Shown: piece by piece, positions 28,234 to 38,015 of the stretch | How positions within the stretch are numbered: position 1 is the first letter of the stretch | Layout of the letters: each line of letters starts with the position of its first letter | Assembly (NCBI GenBank): GCA_014729135.1 | Contig: WJKK01000001.1 | Location: 535,590-599,589, forward strand | Reading direction: 5' to 3' | Source of the DNA: a candidate division WWE3 bacterium | GTDB lineage: Bacteria > Patescibacteriota > WWE3 > UBA101185 > UBA10185 | Length of the DNA stretch: 64,000 nucleotides | Made by a program: the position numbers and the translations under genes | The notes under the pieces: model-generated | What the model was told of the DNA's origin: nothing | Seen by the model: the letters and a program-made list of their open reading frames with translations, nothing else | Databases searched by the model: none

Positions 28234-30660
28234 ATGGATCTACTCGAAAACTTTAAACTATATTCTGACTCTGTTCCTGCTCGTAATGGGGACATAAATT
28301 TCACTGACAATGCATTAAAAATTTTGGAGCGCAGGTTTTTGCGCAAGAACTCTTCGGGAGTGGTTGTTGAGACTCCTGAGCAGATGTTTGAAAGGTTGGC
28401 TTCTGTAGTGGCAGCCCCGGATGAGCCTTATGCGGATGTAAAAAAAACTACAAATGAGTTTTACAATTTGCTTTCTACAAAGGATTTTTTTCCAAATTCG
28501 CCAACTTTTACAGGGGCGGGAACTCCCTTAGGGCAGTTAGCTGCTTGTTTTGTGCTTCCTATTGCGGATGATTTGGGCAAGGAAGATGATGGAATTTTTT
28601 CTACATTAAGAAATGCAGCTTTGATTCAGCAATCGGGAGGCGGTAATGGTTTTTCGTTTTCAAGACTTCGTCCTTCCGGTTCACGTGTGGCCAGCAGCAA
28701 TGGAAAAGCTACAGGCCCCATTGGTTTCATGCGGGTTTATGATCATGCCTTTGGTGAAGTTGCTCAAGGGGGCGTTAGAAGAGGTGCCAACATGGGTGTT
28801 TTACGTGTGGATCATCCCGATATTCGCGATTTTATAAAGTGCAAGTCTGCCGAGGGGGATATTTCCAACTTTAATATTTCGGTGGCTATTACTGATGCGT
28901 TTATGCAGGCTGTTAAGGAGGATACTACCTATGATTTGATAGATCCGCATACAAAGGAAGTAGCTGAATCTCCTAAAGCTCGTGAAATTTTTGACATGAT
29001 TGTTAAATATGCTTACAGGAATGGGGAACCGGGGATTTTGTATATCGATGAGGCTAACCGGGATAATCCCGTGCCACACTTGTACAAGCTTGAGGCTACT
29101 AATCCTTGTGGAGAGCAGTGGCTTGGCCCTTATGAGAATTGCTGTCTAGGTTCTATTAACCTTTCGCATCATGTGACTGAATCCGGAAAAATGGATTGGG
29201 AAAAGCTAGCTGAAACTACTAAACTTGCCACTCGTTTTTTGGATAATGTTGTTACGGCAAATAAGTATGTTCCGGCTGTTCCCCAGTTGAGGGAGTCTGC
29301 TATGAGAGCACGTAGAATAGGTTTGGGTTTGATGGGATTAGCGGATGTTTTTTATAAGCTGCGTGTTAGTTATGGGAGTTCTGAGTCTTTGGAATTGGCA
29401 GCTAAGATTGCCGAGTTTATTCGTTATAACAGTATGAAAACGTCTATTGCCTTAGCACAGGAGCGGGGAGCTTTTCCTGCTATCAACGGGAGTATTTATG
29501 ACCCTGAAAACATTACTTGGGAAGCGCCGACTCCTTTGTTTGAATATGAGAAGGATTTTGGGCGTCCTGAGTTGAATTGGGAAACACTTAAAGATGGAAT
29601 TAAGAAGCATGGAATTAGAAATGCTGCTCAAATGACTATTGCACCTACAGGTACGCGAGCAACAGTGGCCGGTTTGGAAGGTTACGGATGTGAGCCGGTT
29701 TTTGCTTTAGCTTATAAGCGCAATGTTTATCAGGCTGCAGGAGAGGACGAGAAGCTGACTTTAAATTATGTAAGTCCGTTGTTTCAGGAAGCTTTAGATG
29801 AGATGAATATGTCTGAGGAAAGGCGGGACGCTTTAGTTGAGGAAATTGTTACAACGGGATCTTGTCAAAAGGTTGTAAATCTCCCTGATGAAATTAAGTC
29901 TACTTTTGTGGTTTCCTCCGATATTTCCCCTGAAAAGCACATTTTAATGCAGGCTGCTTTGCAAAGGTTTATAGATAATTCAATTTCTAAGACATGCAAT
30001 TTGCCGGCTAGTGCGGAGCCTTCTCATATTGCCGATTTGTATATGCGAGGGTGGGAGCTTGGTTTAAAGGGCCTAACGGTTTATGTTGCGGGCCAGCGAG
30101 AAGAGGAGGTTTTGGAGACCAAAGAAACCAGTGATGCAAAGAAGGCTAAAGAGGAGACACCTGTTGTTTTGGAACGTGGTCATAGATTAACCGGCCACAC
30201 TTATAAGGTTAAGACACCGCAGGGGAATGCCTATATCGTTATTAATCGCAATGGCAACGACGAACCTTTTGAGGTTTTTGTTAATGTGGGTAAGGCCGGC
30301 ACAGATGTTGCTGCTCTGTCGGAGGCTTTAGGCCGTTTAATTTCAGGATGGCTTCGTTCCTCGGAGGCTCCTAAGGAGACGGTGAAGGAAATTGTTGTTC
30401 AGTTAATTGGTATTGGTGGAGCTACTTCGGTTGGTTTTGGCAAGGATCGAGTTGGGTCCATTCCGGATGCCGTGGCTAAGATTTTATCGGAGGATTTGGG
30501 TATTCAAGTGAGAGCTAATGGAACGACTATTGTGGAGGAGGACAAGGATGAAGTTTCGGTTTTTTCTTATGCTAATGTTTGTCCTGACTGTGGAAATGCT
30601 ACGTTCGTTCGCGAGGAAGGCTGCACCAAGTGTTACACCTGCGGGTATAGTGTTTGCTAA
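28234..30660 (+). CDS. nrdJ: Class II (adenosylcobalamin-dependent) ribonucleotide reductase
   Basis: Active-site NPCGEQ...CCLGSINLS motif typical of class II RNR, and a C-terminal CxxC...CxxC zinc ribbon. Confidence 0.85.
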   Translation: MDLLENFKLYSDSVPARNGDINFTDNALKILERRFLRKNSSGVVVETPEQMFERLASVVAAPDEPYADVKKTTNEFYNLLSTKDFFPNSPTFTGAGTPLGQLAACFVLPIADDLGKEDDGIFSTLRNAALIQQSGGGNGFSFSRLRPSGSRVASSNGKATGPIGFMRVYDHAFGEVAQGGVRRGANMGVLRVDHPDIRDFIKCKSAEGDISNFNISVAITDAFMQAVKEDTTYDLIDPHTKEVAESPKAREIFDMIVKYAYRNGEPGILYIDEANRDNPVPHLYKLEATNPCGEQWLGPYENCCLGSINLSHHVTESGKMDWEKLAETTKLATRFLDNVVTANKYVPAVPQLRESAMRARRIGLGLMGLADVFYKLRVSYGSSESLELAAKIAEFIRYNSMKTSIALAQERGAFPAINGSIYDPENITWEAPTPLFEYEKDFGRPELNWETLKDGIKKHGIRNAAQMTIAPTGTRATVAGLEGYGCEPVFALAYKRNVYQAAGEDEKLTLNYVSPLFQEALDEMNMSEERRDALVEEIVTTGSCQKVVNLPDEIKSTFVVSSDISPEKHILMQAALQRFIDNSISKTCNLPASAEPSHIADLYMRGWELGLKGLTVYVAGQREEEVLETKETSDAKKAKEETPVVLERGHRLTGHTYKVKTPQGNAYIVINRNGNDEPFEVFVNVGKAGTDVAALSEALGRLISGWLRSSEAPKETVKEIVVQLIGIGGATSVGFGKDRVGSIPDAVAKILSEDLGIQVRANGTTIVEEDKDEVSVFSYANVCPDCGNATFVREEGCTKCYTCGYSVC

Positions 30661-30684
30661 TTTTAGTTTAAGAAAGGCGTTTTA

Positions 30685-31215
30685 GTGAGTGTTTATACCG
30701 GTAAGGGCGATAAAGGTTTTAGTTCTACTTCAAATGGGGATAATTTGCCTAAGGCGGCTTTGGTTTTTGAGGCTCTTGGCCTTATGGATGAGTTTCAGGC
30801 TGCACTTGCTTTTGTGTTTTTGGATGCTGCTGTTAAGCTTTCCGGCAAAGACAGAGGGCTTTTAAGGAGTTGTAATACTGCTTTATTTTCTATAAATGGC
30901 TATATTGCAGGCTGTTCTGATCTGGATTCCGCGTATCTTTTAACGCTTGTAACTCAAATGGAAGAGCAAATGGATGCTTTAGAAGAAAGTCTTCCCGAAA
31001 TTACAGGATTTGTGGAACCGGGGGAATCCGCTTTTGCTTGTTGGCTTAATCTCTCGCGTGTTAAGTGTCGAACAGCAGAAAGGTCTTTGGTAAAGCTTTT
31101 TAAAACTGCTGAATCCTTTGATGAATCCGCCAAATCTGTATTAAAGTTTATGAACAGATTTTCCGACTATCTTTTCATGTTAATGCGCGCTGCCTCTTGC
31201 GACACTCCTGACTAA
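30685..31215 (+). CDS. PduO/MMAB-type ATP:cob(I)alamin adenosyltransferase
   Basis: The N-terminal YTGKGDKGFSSTSNGD closely matches the MMAB/PduO motif IYTKTGDKGFSST. About 176 aa. Confidence 0.65.
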   Translation: MSVYTGKGDKGFSSTSNGDNLPKAALVFEALGLMDEFQAALAFVFLDAAVKLSGKDRGLLRSCNTALFSINGYIAGCSDLDSAYLLTLVTQMEEQMDALEESLPEITGFVEPGESAFACWLNLSRVKCRTAERSLVKLFKTAESFDESAKSVLKFMNRFSDYLFMLMRAASCDTPD

Positions 31216-32840
31216 TACTCACCGTTTTTATAGGCACGCTTAATATACTCATTAACCATTCGGCTTGCATTAAAAAACGATCCATTAAGCATAATCGTCT
31301 TGCGCATAACTTGGCGCCATCCATCCGGATCCTTATAAAACAAAGGCATAACTTTTGTATCCAAGACCTCGTACAGATCCTCCGGAGTAGGAAAAGACCA
31401 ACCTGTTTCACCTTCAATACAGCCTTCAATCCACCAACCATCTCGAACACTTAGATGAGGAACTCCATTTAATGCACACTTCATGCCACTGGTTCCTGAA
31501 GCTTCATGAGGAGGCTCCGGAGTATTTAGCCACGTATCAACTCCTGCAGTCATAAGCTGCCCAAGATACATATCATAATTAGTTATGTAAGCAAGCTTTA
31601 AGTTCTCACCAAGATTTTCACCAAGTTTAATAATTTCAGCAATAAGCTTTTGACCGCCCTCATCCTTGGGATGTGCTTTACCTCCATAAATAACCTGAAT
31701 AGGTCCGTGTTTATCCGCAATTTGATTTAAGCGGTCCAAATCCTTAAACAAAAAGTCAGGGCGTTTATATTCCGTAAAACGACGTGCCCATCCTAAAGTG
31801 AAAAAGTCATAATCCATTCCCACATTTGTATGTGCATTCGTATAGTCAATAATTCGCTTTTTTGCAGCCTGATGCGCTTCCCAAATCTCACTCAGGCTAA
31901 TATTAGAAACATATCTTAAGGAATAGGGGTCTTCCTTCCAGTGGTGAATATACTTGTCATATAGCTTTGCAAAAGGAGCAGAAACCCACGTTCTAGCATG
32001 AACTCCGTTTGTAATTGAGTGAATTGGATAGTTGGGAAACATTGTTTTTGAAATCTCTGCATGCTTTTGAGCTACCCCGTTAATATAGTTACTGGAGTTT
32101 AAGGCCAAGAGAGTCATGTTTAGCTGCCCTTCCATGTGGTATTCTTCTGCTAAAATTTCGTAAAGTTCAGGTGCTAGGATCTTTTTAACCAGGTCCATTT
32201 GAAACTTGTCATGCCCTGCCGGAACAGGAGTATGTGTTGTAAACATGCATTGTTCCCGAACTTTCTCTTTATTTTGCAGTTTACTTTCAAGCTCCAAAGC
32301 AAGCAAAGCTGAGTGACCTTCGTTCATGTGATAGCGATCAACTTCTGTATAGCCCAGTTTTTCCAGCATTCTAACTCCGCCAATTCCTAAAACAATTTCT
32401 TGGCTTAAGCGGTAATCCGGTCCGTCTCCATAAAGATCGTGACAAAGTGCTTTAGCTTCTTCAGAGTTTTCTTCAAAGTTGGTATGCAAAAAGTAAACAG
32501 GGACTTTGTAGTCATGGAATCCTTCTATTTCGTATTTCCAGCAGCCCACTGAAACATCTTCTCCGTTAATTTTTACAGTAACTTTTGCATCAACGGGAGT
32601 TAAAAAATCGTCAATTCGCCAGGACATGGGTTCTGAAATTTGTTTTCCTGCGTCAATTTCCTGAAAGAAGTAGCCATGTTTTGTAAGGAGGGTGACGCCT
32701 ACTATGGGGAGGTGGCTGTCTGCTGCTGCTTTTAGGGTGTCGCCTGCAAGGACGCCTAGTCCTCCGGAGTAAGTTGGTATTTTAGCGGAGAGGCCTACTT
32801 CCATGGAGAAGTATGCGTATTTGCGGTCTTTTTTGTTCAT
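31212..32840 (-). CDS. Alpha-glucan (glycogen/maltodextrin) phosphorylase, GT35, short archaeal-type
   Basis: Conserved GT35 blocks (GGLGVLAGD, TNGVH, the PLP-site region EASGTSGMK) were recognised by eye. Confidence 0.75.
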   Translation of the reverse strand: MNKKDRKYAYFSMEVGLSAKIPTYSGGLGVLAGDTLKAAADSHLPIVGVTLLTKHGYFFQEIDAGKQISEPMSWRIDDFLTPVDAKVTVKINGEDVSVGCWKYEIEGFHDYKVPVYFLHTNFEENSEEAKALCHDLYGDGPDYRLSQEIVLGIGGVRMLEKLGYTEVDRYHMNEGHSALLALELESKLQNKEKVREQCMFTTHTPVPAGHDKFQMDLVKKILAPELYEILAEEYHMEGQLNMTLLALNSSNYINGVAQKHAEISKTMFPNYPIHSITNGVHARTWVSAPFAKLYDKYIHHWKEDPYSLRYVSNISLSEIWEAHQAAKKRIIDYTNAHTNVGMDYDFFTLGWARRFTEYKRPDFLFKDLDRLNQIADKHGPIQVIYGGKAHPKDEGGQKLIAEIIKLGENLGENLKLAYITNYDMYLGQLMTAGVDTWLNTPEPPHEASGTSGMKCALNGVPHLSVRDGWWIEGCIEGETGWSFPTPEDLYEVLDTKVMPLFYKDPDGWRQVMRKTIMLNGSFFNASRMVNEYIKRAYKNGEY

Positions 32841-32960
32841 ATATTTTTTAGTATAGCAGACAGTATGGTGAGAGAGCGCTGACTTTGCTTTTACAGTTAA
32901 GGTTGTATATGTAATATTTTTTTAGGAAACGTAAGTGGATTAATTTGCTAAGATAGTTTT

Positions 32961-33776
32961 ATGTCAGGAACAAAAATCTTGCCCAATCGTCGCAAGGCAA
33001 CTACCGAAGGATCTGTATCGGCTAATGAAAAGCCCTTAGATGATGAGAGTTATCGGGTCCCTCCTTTGGTTGAGCGGCTTCGTGCTGTGGAGTCTGCTTT
33101 TAAGGGTCTTCATTTGACAGAAACCTTAGAAGCATTGACTGATGACTGCACTTCTTTTGAAGATTATCAAGCCGAAAAAATTTCAGAAGGATTTGTTGAA
33201 ACTTGGCGCACAGGTTACCGTATTTCAAAAACATTACCTTCGGGAATACACAAGATTCGTATAGTAGATACTAGTAATGAGCGTGTTGAACGTTCTCCAG
33301 GCTCTATAGAGATTTCAATAGATGATTCAGAAAAAACTGCGACGTTAACTCAAAGCTCTCATGCTTTAGGACCTTTTGCAGGAGATTTAGGGTTATATGA
33401 TGCTTGGCGTCACCTTAATGATGAATCACAGAAATTATCTTTGGAAGAAGAATCTTTTAATGAGCGTCAGATATTGGAGGCTTGGGAGCCCCCTACTTCT
33501 GTAGCTCGTGCTATTATGATCTCTCCCAGCACTCACTCTATAAGGACCCTCAGCTCTTTGATGTCAGCAGAAGTAAAACGCTCTATAGAAATTAATTCAG
33601 AGGGTGAGGCGACGGGTGGTTCTATCGAGGTGCACTTGTTTGATGAATATGGAGAGGGTCTTGTTAGGGATGATGCTGAAGAGCTCTATATTAAGAGAGA
33701 GGAGTATGTTATTCGCTCAGGACCTTTAGGGGAGGATGCCACTTGGGAATCTGAGGAAAAGCGTGATTATTTGTGA
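32961..33776 (+). CDS. Hypothetical protein
   Basis: ORF only. Acidic, with no recognised motif. Confidence 0.3.
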   Translation: MSGTKILPNRRKATTEGSVSANEKPLDDESYRVPPLVERLRAVESAFKGLHLTETLEALTDDCTSFEDYQAEKISEGFVETWRTGYRISKTLPSGIHKIRIVDTSNERVERSPGSIEISIDDSEKTATLTQSSHALGPFAGDLGLYDAWRHLNDESQKLSLEEESFNERQILEAWEPPTSVARAIMISPSTHSIRTLSSLMSAEVKRSIEINSEGEATGGSIEVHLFDEYGEGLVRDDAEELYIKREEYVIRSGPLGEDATWESEEKRDYL

Positions 33777-33812
33777 GGAGGATCATTTATTGCGCTATAG
33801 ATCTTTTTAAGG

Positions 33813-34409
33813 TCAAAAGTTTCTTATAACTCTAAGTTCCAGCCATTTTGCCGTCCACTTCTCCACTTTTTTCTCAAAAATCTCCGGAATTACATGCGGT
33901 AAATTAGGTCTTAAAATCATTCCAAAAAGATCAGAAAGGCCATATGGAGCAACTACAGAAAACTCTCCATTTCTTTTGGTTATTCCTATGCAGGTTATTG
34001 TTGTTGGCCAGGTACTTATTGCGTGTTCTAGGCTTTTGTATTGTTCTATTTTTTGCCCGAAGTCTTCCTCAAACCAAAGATGTACTCTTGCTTCGTTTAC
34101 GATGTCTAAATTTTCGGCTAGATCAGGAAATTGGTCTTTGATTTCTCGCTGGATTCTTAGTTCAGCTTCTTTTGATATGTCATCGTCCCAATAAACAATG
34201 TCATAATCCCCTATTCCATGGGTTATTTTTCTGTTGGTAAGGTGATTCCATACTGTTTGGTTTACACATCCTGCTGCAATGTACCAGGGATGATTATGTG
34301 GGAATTTTAGGTTGTTTAGGATTTTTCTGAGGTTTGGGTTTTTGAGGGTTATTTTTAGGAGTTGTTCTTGTTGTTTTTGGAGTGTTTGGTGGGTGTGTTG
34401 GTTTTTCAT
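33813..34409 (-). CDS. Putative nucleotidyltransferase-fold protein
   Basis: The GIGDYDIVYWDDD motif resembles the GS/GxxD-x-D signature of minimal nucleotidyltransferases. Confidence 0.3.
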   Translation of the reverse strand: MKNQHTHQTLQKQQEQLLKITLKNPNLRKILNNLKFPHNHPWYIAAGCVNQTVWNHLTNRKITHGIGDYDIVYWDDDISKEAELRIQREIKDQFPDLAENLDIVNEARVHLWFEEDFGQKIEQYKSLEHAISTWPTTITCIGITKRNGEFSVVAPYGLSDLFGMILRPNLPHVIPEIFEKKVEKWTAKWLELRVIRNF

Positions 34410-34440
34410 GGAGGAAGTTTAGCATGCGGGTCTCGAGTTA

Positions 34441-34610
34441 TCACAAGTTGAGTACAACCTGTGAGGTAACAAGTTTGGTGTAAGTTTCAAAATTAGTTCG
34501 CAAAAGTCCTTCGGACATTTTGCGGCGTATCAAAATCCTCACATCCTTAATCATAGCAAGTGAATGTTCGGATTATTGATAAGCATTTCAAGTTGCGGCG
34601 CAACTTGAAA
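34441..34610. repeat. tRNA-3'-flank hairpin module, copy 2, directly abutting the tRNA-Glu 3' end
   Basis: Same order of hairpins as 23424-23583. It ends in gataagcatttcaagttgcggcgcaacttgaaa, immediately followed by tggtga (the tRNA CCA end on the minus strand). Confidence 0.6.
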
Positions 34611-34685
34611 TGGTGACCCCAAGGGGAATCGAACCCCTATTACCAGGATGAAAACCTGGCGTCCTAGCCGTTAGACGATGGGGCC
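34611..34685 (-). tRNA. tRNA-Glu (anticodon UUC)
   Basis: Reverse complement gives GGCCCCATCGTCTAACGGCTAGGACGCCAGGTTTTCATCCTGG...GGTTCGATTCCCCTTGGGGTCACCA. Confidence 0.85.
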
Positions 34686-34859
34686 TTAAGATCATCCCGG
34701 GTTTGTTGTGCTGACACTAAGAACAACCCGGACTATATCAAAGCCTCTGACGCAAAATATTCTAACACAAAAGGGATAAGTTTGATAAAATAACACCGCC
34801 CTTAGATAGTATCAACCTACAACAAAATCGCCACTAAAACCTATCAAAAAGGCAAAAAC

Positions 34860-36278
34860 ATGACACTACTACGTAACCTACTATTTTACATATCCTCCTT
34901 TTTAATTTCCATTTTCCCAATGGAAAGCCATACTGAAGGAATAACAGGCCAACCTCAATCCTTCCTTCCAAGCCAGGCCAAAACACAAACTGATCAAACC
35001 ATTTCTCATCTAATTTATCGTGGGCTTTTTAAATACGACATCTACGGAATCTTAGTGCCCGATCTAGCCGATTCCTGGGACGTTTCAGAAGATGGTTTAA
35101 CATACACAATTAAGCTTAAAGAAAGTCAAACCTGGTCTAATGGCACAGAAATAACCTCCGACGACTTGATTTACACTGCCTTTAAAGTTCCTGATCTTTC
35201 AGGTGTAGCTACAGACAAAGTGGATCGTTACACGGTTCGCTACACTTTACCTAACAAGTTTTCTCCTTTTTTAAGCATGTTAACCGGTGGAGTCATGCCT
35301 GTTGATGCCGAAGAAAAGCAGAATCCTTTAAAGCCCCTCTCCAACGGGGAGTTTCGCGTGGTTCGTATTGAAAAAGAAGGGCCGGCAGTAAAGGAAGTTG
35401 TTTTGTATAACCATAATGATGAAGCCGACATAAGAAAGCTGATTTTTCGCTTTTACTTTAATGAGGACGAACTCTTAACTGCCGCTAAACTAGGAGAAAT
35501 TGATGCCTTTATGCACTCGGATATTTTGGATTTGGAGCGCTTTGAAAACTTTAAATTTCCTTTGCAAGGGGTTTACTATGCCCTGTTTTTTAACCTGCGG
35601 GATGAAGCTTTGCAGGACCTGGAGTTTCGGCAAAAGCTGGCTCAAGTTTTACCGGTTAAAAAGCTAACTAGAGATCTAGGCATTCCTGTAGAAGGGCCCA
35701 TTAGTAGAAGCATTTATACCGACAAATCCGTTAATTTTTACCTTTATGAGGAAGATTTTGTTCCGGAATTTGTTGATAAGACAGTTCATTTGACTATTCC
35801 TGATTTAAAGCGACATAAGGTGCTGGCTAGTGAGATTGAAAGTTTGTGGGAGGATAATCTTGGATTAAACGTTGTGGTTACTTCTAAGGAGGTTGATGAG
35901 CTTAAGGAGACTATTGAAAAGCGGGATTTTGAGATTTTGCTTTATGGGCAGCAGGTCGGGCGTGATCCGGATCGCTATGTTAATTGGCACTCTACTCAGC
36001 GGGAGCCTCCTGGGCTAAACATTACGGGATTTGAGCAGGTTAAGGCGGATCGTGCTTTGGAGGAGGGGCGTGCCCTAAATGAGCAACAGGAGCGCCAGGT
36101 GCATTACTCGGTTTTTCAGGAGACGCTTATGGAAAATGTTCCGGCTGTGTTTTTGTACCATCCTTATGTGAACTATTACTTTGATAACAGTGTTTCGGGG
36201 ATAGGTGAGAAGTATACTTTTAATGTTTGGGATAGGTTTATTGATCTTGATAACTGGAAGAAGATTCCTATAAATTAG
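34860..36278 (+). CDS. ABC transporter substrate-binding protein, family 5 (peptide/nickel type), lipoprotein or signal-anchored
   Basis: The N-terminal hydrophobic segment and the early conserved region (LIYRGLFKYD...LADSWDVSEDGLTYTIKLK) are typical of SBP_bac_5. Confidence 0.55.
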   Translation: MTLLRNLLFYISSFLISIFPMESHTEGITGQPQSFLPSQAKTQTDQTISHLIYRGLFKYDIYGILVPDLADSWDVSEDGLTYTIKLKESQTWSNGTEITSDDLIYTAFKVPDLSGVATDKVDRYTVRYTLPNKFSPFLSMLTGGVMPVDAEEKQNPLKPLSNGEFRVVRIEKEGPAVKEVVLYNHNDEADIRKLIFRFYFNEDELLTAAKLGEIDAFMHSDILDLERFENFKFPLQGVYYALFFNLRDEALQDLEFRQKLAQVLPVKKLTRDLGIPVEGPISRSIYTDKSVNFYLYEEDFVPEFVDKTVHLTIPDLKRHKVLASEIESLWEDNLGLNVVVTSKEVDELKETIEKRDFEILLYGQQVGRDPDRYVNWHSTQREPPGLNITGFEQVKADRALEEGRALNEQQERQVHYSVFQETLMENVPAVFLYHPYVNYYFDNSVSGIGEKYTFNVWDRFIDLDNWKKIPIN

Positions 36279-36375
36279 GCTTTTAATGTTATAATCCTGT
36301 GTGTTGCGGAGCCTCTGCTTTTGTTTTTGTGGGTGTTTGCGTACTTTTCAACAGAGGGTTTTCAACGGATTTTAT

Positions 36376-36453
36376 GGTGGCTGTAGCTCAACTGGTTAGA
36401 GCACCGCCCTGTGAAGGCGGGGGTTGAGGGTTCGAATCCCTTCAGTCACCCCA
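36376..36453 (+). tRNA. tRNA-His (anticodon GUG) with genomically encoded G-1 and CCA
   Basis: G-GTGGCTGTAGCTCAACTGGTTAGAGCACCGCCCTGTGAAGGCGG...GGTTCGAATCCCTTCAGTCACCCCA. G-1 pairs with the C73 discriminator. Confidence 0.85.
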
Positions 36454-36545
36454 GAGGCTTTTGCGAAGCAAAAGGCGATGGTTGATCAAAATGCGCCCGA
36501 ATGGGAGCATTTTGACCTACCCGAAAACTTGGTACTCCAAGTTTG
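36454..36545. repeat. Direct repeat X (copy 1), immediately 3' of the tRNA-His CCA
   Basis: gaggcttttgcgaagcaaaaggcgatggttgatcaaaatgc...agcattttgacctacccgaaaacttggtactccaagt matches 42926-43010 apart from a 4-7 nt indel. Confidence 0.7.
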
Positions 36546-36550
36546 AGTTC

Positions 36551-36640
36551 CCCATTCAAAATCGCGTAGCATTTTGAATGACTCAGGTAAATTCGAACTT
36601 TCACTTGCTATGATTTAGGAAGTGAGAATTTAGCTGTGCC
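36551..36640. repeat. Direct repeat Y (copy 1)
   Basis: ccattcaaaatcgcgtagcattttgaatgactcaggtaaattcgaactttcac...tgatttaggaagtgagaatttagctgtgcc is about 93% identical to 45869-45953. Confidence 0.7.
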
Positions 36641-36661
36641 CGAAAAGTTGCAATAGCAACT

Positions 36662-37132
36662 TTGAGTACTCTTTTGGGAATAATGTTTGGAATAGCTGTT
36701 CTAGCTTCCTTTATAATCCCTAAAGACTCAAATCTCTCGAAAAGTAATTCAAGTCCTACAGTAGAACCAGCTACTGCAGAGCAAGTCAAGCAAACACCAA
36801 CAAATTCTGAAAATGAGGAAGCTTTATTGGAATCTGAAGGTTATATCCTAGATAAATATCACTACTCCATCTATAAGAAACCTAGTGATGTAAGAAGTGT
36901 AGCTATGTTTGAACCCTTTCTTCCAAGAGATGATACAACATTGACTCTAGCTTTATATGAGTTAGTGACTGTAACTTATGGAAAAAATACAGTTACAGAT
37001 CTTGAACCAAAATTAGAAGCACAAAACGACACAATATTTATAACTCTCAAAGCTGAAGATGGAAAATATGTTTTTATGCCTGTTAAGGAAGATACAGGAG
37101 AGGTAAGTAGTATTGTTTTTTGGCTGGAGTAG
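36662..37132 (+). CDS. Hypothetical small signal-anchored protein (island cargo)
   Basis: N-terminal hydrophobic helix. The track start is TTG inside the repeat, so the true start may be the ATG at 36683. Confidence 0.3.
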   Translation: MSTLLGIMFGIAVLASFIIPKDSNLSKSNSSPTVEPATAEQVKQTPTNSENEEALLESEGYILDKYHYSIYKKPSDVRSVAMFEPFLPRDDTTLTLALYELVTVTYGKNTVTDLEPKLEAQNDTIFITLKAEDGKYVFMPVKEDTGEVSSIVFWLE

Positions 37133-37379
37133 TTAATTTGCTTTAGAACAAAAAATTAAGGCTTAGAGATTAATTTTTAGTTGCTTAGAGTATTTGGATA
37201 TAACTTTAATCTAAACATTAAAAACTAAGGCCTTGTAGGGAGTTAAATTATGCAATCAAAAGATAAATCACAAAATAATTCTAAAAAAGAACAAAATTCA
37301 GCTAAAAAAGTGAATTTATGGCTTGAAAGTTTTGCTAGTTTTTTATTGGAGAATGTGAATAGTATTTCAAAGATTAAAA

Positions 37380-37940
37380 ATGACAAAAAAAGCGGACAAA
37401 AATAAACCCGATAAAGAATATAGTTTAAAGGAACTAATAGATTTTACACAACATGCTTTGATTTCGGAGGATAAAAACTTACAGAAGAAAGTTTGGAAAT
37501 ATATAAACTGTAATGAGGGAATGTGGCCTTGGATAAGGGCAGGAATCTTAGTTAGGGCTTATGAAGCTGCTGACGCAAAAGGAAGGGAAGAATTCTGCAT
37601 GATAAATATACAAAGTCTTGTTGAATATAAAGCTCTTAAACCATTAAAGAAGACTTTTACTGACAAGGAAACAGGAATAGAGTATAGGCAATTTAAGTAC
37701 AAAAATGGAAGAATAGAGAGAATCCCTATGGCTACGGAAGGGATGTGCAAACTGGCTTACGATACGGCACTTAACAAGAAATTTTTAGGTGATTATGTGA
37801 CTTTTCATTCTTCTGGTCAATCCGAGCCTGTAGAGGAATATATATTAGATACTCAGGAGAAGGTTGATGACTATAATGCGGGGAAGTGGTTTAAGAAGTG
37901 GTACATAAAAGATAAAGAACAGTCCCCAAGTAGTAAGTAG
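37380..37940 (+). CDS. Hypothetical protein (island cargo)
   Basis: ORF only. Lys-rich, with no motif recognised. Confidence 0.3.
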   Translation: MTKKADKNKPDKEYSLKELIDFTQHALISEDKNLQKKVWKYINCNEGMWPWIRAGILVRAYEAADAKGREEFCMINIQSLVEYKALKPLKKTFTDKETGIEYRQFKYKNGRIERIPMATEGMCKLAYDTALNKKFLGDYVTFHSSGQSEPVEEYILDTQEKVDDYNAGKWFKKWYIKDKEQSPSSK

Positions 37941-38015
37941 TAGCGGCTTTCTCTCCAAATCTTCGGGTTTAATTGGTATAATAACTATATAGTAATTTTA
38001 TGAGGAATAGTTTAG

